From positions 14,880,001-14,944,000 of the forward strand of contig NC_043010.1 of NCBI RefSeq assembly GCF_006345805.1: a stretch of DNA of 64,000 nt, read 5' to 3'. Every line of letters begins with the position of its first letter. Position 1 is the stretch's first letter. A program made the position numbers and the translations under genes. The notes under the pieces were generated by a model. That model made no database searches, was not told where the DNA came from, and saw nothing but the letters and a program-made list of their open reading frames with translations. This stretch comes from Octopus sinensis (Eukaryota). Below are positions 1 to 10,800 of the stretch, one piece after another.

Positions 1-236
1 TTGGATTCCCTTATATATACACTTTACCCTCATGACTTGGTCCTCGGTAAACATATCAGAGTGTAAGTTGCAATCATTTGAGCGCTACAAGATGTTTTCT
101 GTATCAAGCGTCCAATCAAGCATCACAAATGTTGGTATGTGTACTGGCACTGCAAACACATAGTAGGCCACTGTTTTATAGGTCACTATATATATTTATA
201 TATATTATATAATTATATATATATATATATATATAC

Positions 237-275
<39 letters not shown>

Positions 276-387
276 TATAAAGACAGACAAGACGGACAAA
301 TAAACGCGATATGAACGCCCGTTTTTGCAGACATTCTCTGCACCGCACACCTCCACACGGTCATTTATATACAACACGAAAGATCAC

Positions 388-484
388 CTTGTCTACTACA
401 CGCACGAAAACAATCGTAATAACACATTTTTTTTACGGCGGATCTCATGTGCATAATTTTAAAAGTAGGCAACGATGTGGCCAT
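388..484 (-). CDS. Possible first coding exon (MATSLPTFKIMHMRSAVKKMCYYDCFRACSRQ), unverified
   Basis: AAGATGGCC start context at 484 just downstream of the motif cluster, open for 32 codons to a possible donor CAAG|GTGATC at 388/387. There is an in-frame stop soon after if unspliced. No homology recognised. Confidence 0.2.
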
Positions 485-522
485 CTTTAGTTCACGTGAC
501 ACGTCTAACGATTTTCCGGTTT
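476..522. promoter_or_regulatory. Candidate housekeeping-type promoter motif cluster (YY1-like, E-box, ETS-like)
   Basis: GCCATCTT at 480-487 (YY1-like AAGATGGC on minus), TCACGTGAC at 492-500 (USF/TFE-type E-box) and TTCCGGT at 514-520 (ETS-like) lie within 41 bp. The surrounding non-repetitive patch (about 290-650) is relatively CpG-rich. Motif match only. Confidence 0.4.
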
Positions 523-930
523 CAAGAGTACAACCATTATCGACAAAGCAGCCAAGTTGACAATCGAATAAACGAAAGCAAAACGTCAGCAGCTGCTTAT
601 TGAGAGGCTGTTATTAACAAGAATGCGCAAACACAAATACCTACATACATACACGCGGCTAGATACACTCACATACACACAGACACACGCATACAGGCAG
701 GCAGAAAGATAGACTGACACTAACTCCCTATATCATTCTCGCACATATATATCCTACACAGATTTAGAAAGGACGAAAATACGCTCATGCCCATATTCCT
801 GGATGCACATATATTTATATTCAACCGATATAAACATTCGCTTAAACACACACACACACACACACACCACACACACACACACACATACACACACACAAAC
901 ACGCACACACACACACAGACACACACATCT

Positions 931-1333
931 CTTTTAGTCTTTTACTTATTTCAGTCATTTGACTGCGGCCATGCTGGAGCACCGCCTTTAGTCGAGCAAA
1001 TCGACTCCGGGACTTATTCTTTTGTAAGCCCAGTACTTATTCTATCGGTCTGTTTTGCCGAACCGCTAAGTGACGGGGACGTAAACATACCAGCATCGGT
1101 TGTCAAGCAATGCTAGAGGGACAAACACAGACACACAAACATATACATACACATACATACACATACATATATACATATATACGACAGGCTTCTTTCAGTT
1201 TCCGTCTACCAAATCCAGTCACAAGGCTTTGGTCGGCCCGAGGCTATAGTAGAAGACACTTGCCCAAGATGCCACGCAGTGGGACTGAACCCGGAACCAT
1301 GTGGTCGGTAAACAAGCTACTTACCACACAGCC
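931..1333 (-). mobile_element. tRNA-derived SINE family A (CORE-like motif, internal microsatellite)
   Basis: Matches the family A consensus seen in about 12 copies in the window: head GGAGTGGCTGTGTGGTAAG, B box GGTTCAGTCC, motif (A)CCTTGGGCAAGT resembling the CORE-SINE domain, tail ...GCATGGCCGCAGTCAAATGACTGAAAC. Confidence 0.8.
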
Positions 1334-1903
1334 ATAAAATTTTAAATATATGTATACACTTGCTGGTAAGCCGTTTAAATTAAGTTACTCTCTTCAGCGA
1401 TCGGATGTCATAAAAAATATGAATATAAGTACCACTGGATTTACTTCAGGAATTCTTTCGTATTCGTAGAGGGTATAATATGAGAGAAAGATATACATTT
1501 ATTAGTCACTACGATCGTTTCGACCAATCGTGCATCGGCCCCTCGTCGGTGAGAATCTATACAACTGATTGTGATGCATCATTCGGTGCAGTGTATTTCG
1601 ACAGGTGACTTTTGAGAAGGTCCTTCGCTCTTTCAACTTCGCTTCGTTAATTGGAATGATTTAGAATGTAAAGCCGTTCATTTATAAGGTAATGAGCTTA
1701 CTTACAATTAATCATAAATAAAATACGTATATAAAAATTAAAATATAAAAGTATGTAATGAGTAGGTTAATCAAGTACTATGCTTACGCTAATGAATCGA
1801 TACCTTAAGTTAATGATGAGACGACCATGTATGAGACGAAGTGACAAAATGCAAAAACTATATTTAAGGTGCCATTCGGTGACTGCAATATTTTATGGGG
1901 TAA

Positions 1904-1937
<34 letters not shown>

Positions 1938-1940
<3 letters not shown>

Positions 1941-2130
1941 GGGGGAAGGTTTACGAAAATAAACAAAAGACGAAGGCAGGTGGAGTACATACAAACAAAT
2001 GCATTAGTATGGCGCTCTGGAATAGATTTAGAACAAGTCTTTTACGTTTCGAGCCTACGCTCTTCGACAGAAAGATACACAGAAAAAAAAAAACAAGGAG
2101 AGAAAAAAATGCGTGTAGGAGCTAACGATC
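1938..2130 (-). mobile_element. Short hammerhead-bearing element, family H1
   Basis: Reverse-complement homolog of 4021-4207 and 55114-55294. Its 3' end (on the ribozyme-sense strand) abuts a (TA)n tract. Confidence 0.7.
2038..2075 (-). ncRNA. Minimal hammerhead ribozyme-like motif (variant core CUGUCGA)
   Basis: Minus strand reads TCTTT-CTGTCGA-A-GAGC gtag GCTC-GAAA-CGT-A-AAAGA: 5-bp stem I, 4-bp stem II, palindromic ACGU stem III, GUA triplet. Confidence 0.55.
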
Positions 2131-2742
2131 TATCATGGCGTTCTGACTTCTTATATATATATAAGAGCATTATACCCGTTTGTAAGAAAGCTAGCGGATG
2201 TGTACGGCAACAAGGACAAAAAACGGAGAATATGGTATACAAAAACAGAAAAAAACGGAAAACATGGTACACAATTACGAATACAAAAACAAGAAAATGA
2301 CAACAGGTGTCTTTCGACTGAGAACGAATCCAATTGAGCTGGCGTGTATAAAATAATACATTTATGGGTGTATATATGTTTGTGTGTGTGTGAGAGTATA
2401 CCTCCGTAGATATAAATGCGTGTTTGTTTGTGTATAAGACCGTGTGTATGTGTGTACATGACTGCATGGATGATGATATGCGTTCCATGTGTTTGTTCAT
2501 GGGTACCTGTCTATAGACTGAATTTGTGCATATCCATATATATCTGCCGGCAGGGGCGTGTGTGGCTGTGTGTCATGGACATAAGAGGTGTTGGCGATAC
2601 ACATACATATACATACTAAAAGTACGAAATAGGGAGTAGTAAAACAGTCGACAACTGATGAGCGAGTTATCTTCTTTTAGTATTTTGTCTTGAACTTGTC
2701 TCTCGTGTGTTTGCTAGTGATGTCCTATAGTTAATAAGTATT

Positions 2743-2794
<52 letters not shown>

Positions 2795-2920
2795 TGACAA
2801 GGGAGCTAACCGCCCCAAGTACATTTTGCCCTTCTTTGCGGCTAGACGGTTTTACCTCTTATTTCTAGTAATGTAGCAGTTTCAGTCATTAGACTGCAGC
2901 CATGCTGGGACACCACCTTG

Positions 2921-2994
<74 letters not shown>

Positions 2995-3412
2995 GGCGCA
3001 GGAGTGGCTGTGTGGTAAGTAGCTTGTTTAAACCAACCACACGGTTCCGGGTTCAGGCCCACTACTGCTGGCACCTTGGGCAAGTGTCTTCTACTATAGC
3101 CTCTGCCGACCAAAGCCTTGTGAGTGGATTTGGTAGACGGAAACGGAAAGAAGCCTGTCGTATATATGTATATATGTGAATGTGTGTGTTTGTGTGTCTG
3201 TGTTTGTACCCCTAGCATTGCTTGACAACCGATGCTGGTGTGTTTATGTCCCCGTTACTTAGCGGTTCGGCAAAAGAGACCGATAGGATAAGTACTGGGC
3301 TTAGAAAAAAAAAGAATAAGTCCCGGGGTCGAGTTGTTCGATTAAAGGCGGTGCTCCAGCATGGCCGCAGTCGAATGACTGAAACAAGTAAAAGAGTAAA
3401 AAGAGTAAAGAG
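2995..3412 (+). mobile_element. SINE family A, near full length
   Basis: GGCGCAGGAGTGGCTGTGTGG head right after (TA)n, CCTTGGGCAAGT motif, internal TA/TG microsatellite, (AAAGAGT)n tail. Confidence 0.85.
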
Positions 3413-4020
3413 TATATACATATATGTGTGTGCGTGTGTATGTGTGTTTGTGTGCAAAGTGTTTCTGATTTAGCTAACTGCATAATCCTTTTGACAACAG
3501 AGTAAACTAAACATCAAAAACGTTATGTCTGACGAATCAATGAAAGAAATTCTCCGGGGTCACTTGATTTGTTTAAAATTTGAGTTAAATATCCTTGAAA
3601 GGAAATAAGTTCTGTAATGCAATCTCATAAACCACACGGTTGTCCACTGTTGAAGTATGCTAAATCGCAGGCTTGCTGAAGAAAGACTGACCTGTGACAG
3701 GATAATCAGCGAAACACGTTAGCAGTGATGTACATCAAAGCTTGTTCCGAATTGGGCTGATCCGTGGCTGGTTAATCAGCGAAACATGTTAGTTTTGACG
3801 TACATCAAAGCTTGTTTTGTCTTCATATACCGCAGTCTGATAAAATAAGAAGTCGTTTACGCGGTTCTTTTATAGAGATTTACCAATGACGAAAGATTCT
3901 TCTTTTATTCATTTTTGTTGGTAAGCCAGTTAATATACCAGTTTCACCATGTTACATAACTCTGTTTAAATTATCTCTTCCTATATAAAGTATTATTCTC
4001 ATCAAATTCTGTTAACGCTA

Positions 4021-4204
4021 GATCGTTAGCCACTACACACATTTTTACTCTCCTTGTTTCTCTCCTTGCTTTTTCTGTGTCCCTTTCTGTAGAAGAGCGT
4101 AGGCTCGAAACGTAAAAGACTTTTTCTATTCCTTAGAATATACTAACACATCTGTTTGTTCTGTACACCACCTGTCTGTCTTCTTTCGTTTTTTTGTAAA
4201 CTCT

Positions 4205-4207
<3 letters not shown>
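4021..4207 (+). mobile_element. Short hammerhead-bearing element, family H1
   Basis: Pyrimidine-rich leader, motif CTTT-CTGTAGA-A-GAGC gtag GCTC-GAAA-CGT-A-AAAG at 4083-4118, about 90-nt 3' part ending at (TA)n (4208-4274). Confidence 0.7.
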
Positions 4208-4274
<67 letters not shown>

Positions 4275-4852
4275 TTGGTTGTCCGTAAAGTTCGGTGCCC
4301 ATTTATCGTAGCTTATATTTCGACTTATTTTAGAACATGGTTGAGTCTATAAAATAGGATTTTACTACACCCTCCATTTAGAGTCACAATTTAAGCTATC
4401 TTTTCGTGGAAGAAGATTTATGTTCCTATAACCTGTGATAATTCTGTAACCCTTTAAAATGGAAGATAAGAAAGTTCATTTTCGGCACTTGATGCTTTGG
4501 GAACCAGACAAAAATTGCTGCAGCTCGGCTGGGATGTGTTATCCCACCCTCCATACTCACCACCCTCCATACTCACCAGATATTGCTCCTTCGGATCTCT
4601 ACTTATTCAGGTCTCTGCAGAATAGTGTTAATGGTAAAAATTTCAATTCCTTGGATGACGTAAAAAAGATACCTTGATGAATTTTTTGCCATGAAACCAC
4701 CTTAATTCTGGGAAGAGGGTATCTTCAAGTTAAAGGAAAGATGGAGACACATTGTGCAACAAAATAGTTTATATTTGGTTGATTAAAAATGTAATGGCAA
4801 GTATTTATTGACCTTTTTCTTTCCTTTAAAAGTCGGCACGAACTTTCCAGAC

Positions 4853-4853
<1 letters not shown>
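4275..4853 (+). mobile_element. Mariner-family internal-deletion derivative
   Basis: Imperfect TIRs (TGTCCGTAAAGTTCGGTGCC / GGCACGAACTTTCCAGACA), both ends in TA runs. The ORF at 4459-4677 joins a mariner N-terminus (MEDKKVHFRHLMLWE) to the C-terminal HPPYSPDIAPSDLYLFRSLQN motif. Confidence 0.85.
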
Positions 4854-4884
<31 letters not shown>

Positions 4885-5013
4885 TAAAGTTTCAGCTCAG
4901 AGCTGCAGCACCGCCGTTAAAAACACTTGCCCAGGGTTCCATGTACTAGGATTGAACTTAGAAACATTACAACTGGGAAGCAGTGTTCTTAACCACTTGG
5001 CCATACCTTCATA

Positions 5014-5074
<61 letters not shown>

Positions 5075-5324
5075 CACATGCATATATGCATGTACATTTG
5101 TATACATATATATATATATTGAGATAGATAGATAGATAGATAGATAGATATATCTGTAGGTTTTTCAGATTGGCTTAAATATCAGTCCACTTCAGAGGAG
5201 CCAAAGCAGCAATCTGCCAACCAATTTGTTTTTTCTTCTCATTGGATACATGATTGATCGTTACATACTGAATTGTCTTGTTTACTTACAAAATGTCACG
5301 TATATGTGAGTGTATGTGTTGTAT

Positions 5325-5880
5325 GTCAGGTCACTTTCGAGTGCTACCGTTAACATGTAACCCAGTACAACCTGTTGCATAGTCGGGTCGTCGGCGACTA
5401 AACCGACAACCCCACCAAGCTTGCTTGGTGAGGAGTGTGTTTATTGGACACCCTGCGGGATGAAAAGCAAAACCCGTCAAAGGCGGAGGAACTCTTGAGA
5501 GTCAACGGCCATCCAATAAATGTCTTAAGGCTGTATCATGCGCAGGGACATAGAAATAATCGGACTGAATACCCGATCGCGCGCTTAAACCATTGGGAGT
5601 GAAGGACTCCTAGCCTTTGTTAGGGCATCCTTCTAGGAGAATGTAACTCAGGTAACTGGGATAACTCCGACATAAAAGCTGCGGCTCAGTGGTTGCCGAT
5701 GATGTTGACTTGTTCTTCATTTCGGATTATAGCTGCTGTTGCTTAGTGAGTGAGATTGACTCAGTGCACAGCCTTTCCTCACTTTAAAAAAAATCTTTTT
5801 GCACAGGCATTGCACGATAACAACATTGATTAAGCTTCGTGCAATGGCCATACTCGATAACGAGGGGGGGGGGCAGCCAC
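5325..5880 (+). mobile_element. Probable RTE-clade LINE 5' UTR-derived fragment
   Basis: GC-richer island containing GGGCATCCTTCTAGGAGAATGTAACTC, which resembles the TCTAGGAGAAGGAAAACTC motif recalled from RTE 5' UTRs. There is no ORF and only one copy in the window. Confidence 0.35.
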
Positions 5881-5993
5881 CATGTGTTGTACATGTACGA
5901 ATGTATATATTTATATTGTAATTGCTCCATCTTCACAGATGACTGCTGTTTCTGCTTCCTCGTTGTCTATGATACTTCTGACTTTGCATCCAT

Positions 5994-6156
5994 GTGGCTG
6001 TGTGGTAAGTAGCTTGCTAATCAACCACATGGTTCCGGGTTCAGTCCGACTGCGTGATACCTTGGGCAAGTGTCTTCTGCTATAGCCCCGGGCCGACCAA
6101 TGCCTTGTGAGTGGATTTGGTAGACGAAACTGAAAGAAGTCTGTCATATATGTATA

Positions 6157-6190
<34 letters not shown>

Positions 6191-6430
6191 ATATATATTA
6201 TATATATGTATGTATGTGTGTGTGTGTTTGTGTCTGTGTTTGTCCCCTAGCATTGCTTGACAACCGATGCTGGTGGGTTTACGTCCCCGTCATTTAGCGG
6301 TTCGACAAAAGAGACCGATAGAATAAGTACTGGGCTTACAAAGAATAAGTCCCGGGGTCGATTTGCTCGACTAAAGGCGGTGCTCCAGCATGGCCGCAGT
6401 CAAATGACTGAAACAAGTAAAAGAATAGAG
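5994..6430 (+). mobile_element. SINE family A
   Basis: Matches the family A consensus, with an internal (TA)n/(TG)n tract. Confidence 0.8.
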
Positions 6431-6596
6431 TATGGCTATTCAATCCCTTTGCAGATCTGCATGGTGTGAAACCTAGACGACAGACGAAAGTTGTAACTTA
6501 TAGTGCACTTCCTGCAGTTTAGGACTGCACACATCGTCACACTTCTCATCGCCATAGGACTTTCAGTAGATGGAATAGCAGATGAGGTCACCCTAA

Positions 6597-7011
6597 GGCG
6601 GCGAGCTGGCAGAAACGTAAGCACGCCGGGCGAAATGCGTATCCGTATTTCGTCTGCCGGTACGTTCTGAGTTCAAATTCCGCGGAGGTCGACTTCGCCT
6701 TTCATCCTTTCGGGGTCGATTAAACAAGTACCAGTTACGCACTGGGGTCGATGTAATCGACTTAATCCGTGTGCCTGTCCTTCTTTGTCCTCTCTGTGTT
6801 TAGCCCCTTGTGGGTAGTAAAGAAATAGGTATTTCGTCTGCGGCTACGTTCTGAGTTCAAATTCCGCCGAGGTCGACTTTGCCTTTCATCCTTTCGGGGT
6901 CGATTAAATAAGTACCAGTGATGCACTGGGGTCGATATACTCGACTTAATCCGTGCGTCTGTCCTTGTTTGTCCTCTCTGTGTTTAGCCCCTGGTGGGTA
7001 GTAAAGGAATA
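6597..7011 (+). mobile_element. tRNA-derived SINE family B, head plus two 184-bp bodies
   Basis: Head GGCGGCGAGCTGGCAGAAACG (A box) and B box GAGTTCAAATTCC. The GCCTTTCATCCTTTCGGGGTCGAT..AAGTACCAG domain resembles the recalled Meta-SINE domain. The body repeats at 6645 and 6829. A 21-bp TSD with one mismatch flanks it (6572-6592 / 7012-7032). Confidence 0.85.
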
Positions 7012-7149
7012 GGAATAACAGATGAGGTCACCACAAATAGACATCTGTGCATCATTGGATTATGGTGATAGACGCTTGTACAACGAGAGTACCACTCTCC
7101 GAGTCTCCGTGAGTAGTACCAAGTCAAAAGCGAGATAACTAGTAAATAG

Positions 7150-7494
7150 ATTATATCGACACCAGTGCGTAAATGGTACTTATCTAATCGACCCCGAAAG
7201 GATGAAAGGCAAAGTCGACCTTGGCGGAATTTGAACTCAGAACGTAGCGGCAGACGAAATGCCTATTTCTTTACCACCCACAAGGGGCTAAACACAGAGG
7301 GGACAAACAAGGACAGACAATCGGATTAAGTTGATTACATCGATCCCAGTGCGTAACTGGTACTTATTTAATTGACTTCGAAAGGATGAAAGGCAAAGTC
7401 GACCTCGGCGCAATTTGAACTCCGAACGTAGCGGCAGACGAAATACCGCTGAGCATCTCGCCCGGCGTGCTAACTTTTCTGCCAGCTCGCCGCC
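7150..7494 (-). mobile_element. SINE family B, head plus one full and one partial body
   Basis: Reverse complement of the family B consensus with an internal body junction near 7260. Confidence 0.8.
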
Positions 7495-7512
7495 TTGCTC
7501 AGCCTGTATATT

Positions 7513-7745
7513 TATTTCTTTACTACCCACAAGGGGCTAAGCACAGAGGGGACAAACAAGGACAGACAAACGGATTAATTCGATTATATCGAACCCAGTG
7601 CATAACTGGTACTTATTTAATCGACCTCGAAAGGATGAAAGGCAAAGTCGGCCTCGGCAGAATTTGAACTCAGAACGTAGCGCCAGACGAAATACCGCTA
7701 AGCATCTCGCCCGGCGTGCTAACGTTTCTGCCAGCTCTCGCCGCC
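7513..7745 (-). mobile_element. SINE family B monomer
   Basis: Flanked by an 18-bp direct repeat TTGCTCAGCCTGTATATT (7495-7512 / 7746-7763). Confidence 0.85.
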
Positions 7746-8265
7746 TTGCTCAGCCTGTATATTGGCAGCATGATTGGATTCTTGACAAAAAATTCGTCAT
7801 CATTAATCCAACTCGTATATAAAAAGAATTTAACACCCACTCCCACATACACTAAAATCTCGCGGCAGATGGTGTAATAATTTATGCAAATTGGTTTCTC
7901 TTCCTGTCTCTCTCTCTTTCCCTCTCTTTCGCTTTCTCATGTACTTACTGCTGGTTCTCATCTTCGTCTCCTACTCCATCATCCACGTCAAGACCGTAAT
8001 GATCATAATCACCGCCGTCGTCGCTGTCATCGTCATCGCCGTCGTCGTCGTCGTCGTCGTCATCAATATCATACTATGTTCATCATTCCGATACAAACAA
8101 TAACAAAATAAAAACAAAAACAAAAAACGAAACAACAACAACATCCAGAAATATTTTGAAACTGATTACAAATTCACTTCAAACAAAAGGAAATACAATT
8201 ACTTCATGTTCGATAGCAACACGCAACCCTGAGGGTATTGAATGTATATTCAACACACACACGTG

Positions 8266-8332
<67 letters not shown>

Positions 8333-8551
8333 TATATATATATTATATATATATATATATGTGTATATATATATGTATATATGTATATATATTTGTATGC
8401 ACATTTATTGTGTAAATGTTGTACTGTCTTAATATGTAAATAAGTGTAGTCCTTTGTAAATGGCCACGGCATTATTTTCATCATAACTTACATTATGTTC
8501 GTCTTGTTCTGTAAATATATCACGCATACTCACATATTGAGCACAGCACTA

Positions 8552-8554
8552 ATG

Positions 8555-8606
<52 letters not shown>

Positions 8607-8618
8607 TGATGATGATGA
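8552..8618. repeat. (TAA)n(TGA)n microsatellite
   Basis: Directly visible. Confidence 0.95.
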
Positions 8619-9170
8619 CGCAGCACCAGGCAGTGTCTCTCATGGCTTCTGATCTTAACTGATTGGAAGAGTTATCATGTACTTTGTTTTGTCTTGGTAT
8701 GAAAGATGGGCTACAGCAAATATTCTGCTCAATACTACAGACTTGGCTTGTTAATTGTGTGCCCTTAGCCAGTTGAGCATGTCCCTTGATGGCTGACGAT
8801 ATGTGCATCTCTGATCACGAGTAGACGTAGTGGGGGAGCATCATAGGCATTTGTTGAGAGGGATTTTTTGGCGTTTGAATAATTCACCTCTGGAAACTTA
8901 GGTGTCTTGTTTATCATCCTTAAACAAACCTGATTCCGGGACCTTTTGAGCGAGATGGACTACCCGACATGAAGAAAATTCTAACAGGGCCCCTCCTGCA
9001 AGGTCATGCGCCATTTATCTTTATATGAAATCACTATGTCGCGCACATATGTTTGTGATGCATGTGCCTGGTGTATCCTTATTGGACGGGTAGCCATGAT
9101 GGGTATGTATATTGGGCTTCGTATATTTTACCCCAGTCCACTTTGATGGCATGCACTGCTCTCTCAGTCA

Positions 9171-9228
<58 letters not shown>

Positions 9229-10313
9229 GGAGCTTCATTCTATCAAAAAGGAAAGGAAAACGTTTTCTATTGATCTCATGCAGGATACCCAAACTGAACA
9301 ATCCGAGGGAAGTACGGCAACTATTTTGCAAAGATGGTGAAAATAATGGCAACGAAAAAAGCGTACGAGCAATTGGCTGATAGGTGGGAGGAGAAACCTC
9401 TGCACGGCAAATATGTGGCCCGTAGCATACAAGCTGATGTTGAGCAAAAGCAAACCCATCAGTGGCTACGGAGCTCAGGGCTAAAAGCAGAGAGCGAAGG
9501 TTTCATCCTGGCTGCTCAAGATCAAAGCCTATTAACCCGGAGCTACCAGGCCAATGTAATGAAAAATGGAGCAGACCCAAAATGCCGATTCCGCAACGAC
9601 ATGATTGAAACAGTGGACCGCCTAATCTCTGGATGTAAAGTCTTAGCACCAGTGGAGTATAAATTAAGACATGACAGAGTTGGCCAATATCTACACTGGC
9701 TAATAAGTCGGCATTACAATATCAAAACTGCCGACAAGTGGTATAATCACCACCCTGAAGATGTAACTGAAGGAGAAAATGTAACGATTCTGTGGGACTT
9801 TCCAGTACATACAGACCGAACTATCAAAGTCAATAAACCGGATATTGTTGTGAAAGAACAAAACAATAAAGTTTGCTTATTGATCGACATGAGCATCCCC
9901 TGTGATCATAATATCTCGGCGAAAGAGTTTGACAAGCTCAGAAAATATAAAGACCTCCTCATTGAAATTGAGAAAATGTGGCATCTCAAGGCGGTTACAA
10001 TACCAGTGATCGTAGGAGCACTAGGAATGATCAAGAAGGGAACTGAAAATTATATGAGAATGATCCCTGGCTTACCATCCCTGCAAGAAGTGCAAAAGAT
10101 TGTCTTAACTGGTACATCACACATATTAAGAAGAGCATTGTCGATTTGAGAACTATTACTACCCATGTATTTTAATTTAACTTTAAAAAAAATGAATGAA
10201 CTAGTGAGTTTAGTTTAATGGCCTACCAATGTATACCATAAGTTTCTTTGCCCTAGGAGTCAGGAAGACACTCGGCAAGAAATGGAAGCAAATTTGAAAG
10301 AAGAAGAAAAAAG
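9229..10313 (+). mobile_element. 5'-truncated R4/Dong-clade non-LTR retrotransposon inserted in (TAA)n
   Basis: Flanked by (TAA)n at 9171-9228 and 10314-10347. Encodes the C-terminal region of an RLE-type ORF followed by a ~165-bp 3' UTR. Confidence 0.85.
9334..10149 (+). pseudogene. C-terminal fragment of R4/Dong-like RT-RLE protein (zinc knuckle plus restriction-like endonuclease)
   Basis: Motifs WEEKPLHGKY, LKAESEGFILAAQDQ, a degenerate CCHC knuckle (CRFRNDMIETVDRLISGC, with the second C and the H replaced by R), RHD, KPDIV..IDMSIP..K..KYKDL and PVIVGALG. The upstream portion appears to be in another frame. Confidence 0.85.
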
Positions 10314-10539
10314 ATAACAATAATAATAATAATAATAACAATAATAATATGAATATTCCTATCTGCTATAGACACAAAGCCTGAAATATTGTGGGAAGAA
10401 GCTAAGTGGATTACATCAAACCCAGTATTCAAATTTATTTCGGTATTTATTCCATCGACCCCGAAAGGATGGAATGAATTGTCTACCTCGGTGGTCTTTG
10501 AACTTTCAGAGTCAGGACAAATATCAATGCGAATGCGCT

Positions 10540-10800
10540 ATAAGATAGCATCAACCAAACTGGGTGGCTCGGCATTGTACCAAAGTTCCTGTCTTCTTCA
10601 TCTTGAACATAATCAATGATGTAACAGCTTAGGCTTCAAGAGTTCACAACTTCTTCAAAATTCTTCCAAACGACCTCAGAAATTTGCGAGGTGTAGATGT
10701 GGAGGCTCCATTAGAAATTTTGGACGAACTTTTGGACAAATTTTTATCTGAAATACCGGATTATACATTCACTATAGATACATGTGCTGAAATCGAGGAA
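10540..10800 (+). mobile_element. Degenerate CR1/L2-type LINE 3' fragment
   Basis: Broken frames give NSLGFK..LPNDLRNLRGVDVE..LDKFLSEIPD, similar to the C-terminal tail of CR1-clade ORF2. Confidence 0.5.

Noticed and set aside
2646-2705. CTGATGAG box at 2654-2661 with GACAA/TTGTC flanks
   Set aside because: No GAAA box, stem II or stem III/NUH site could be assigned.
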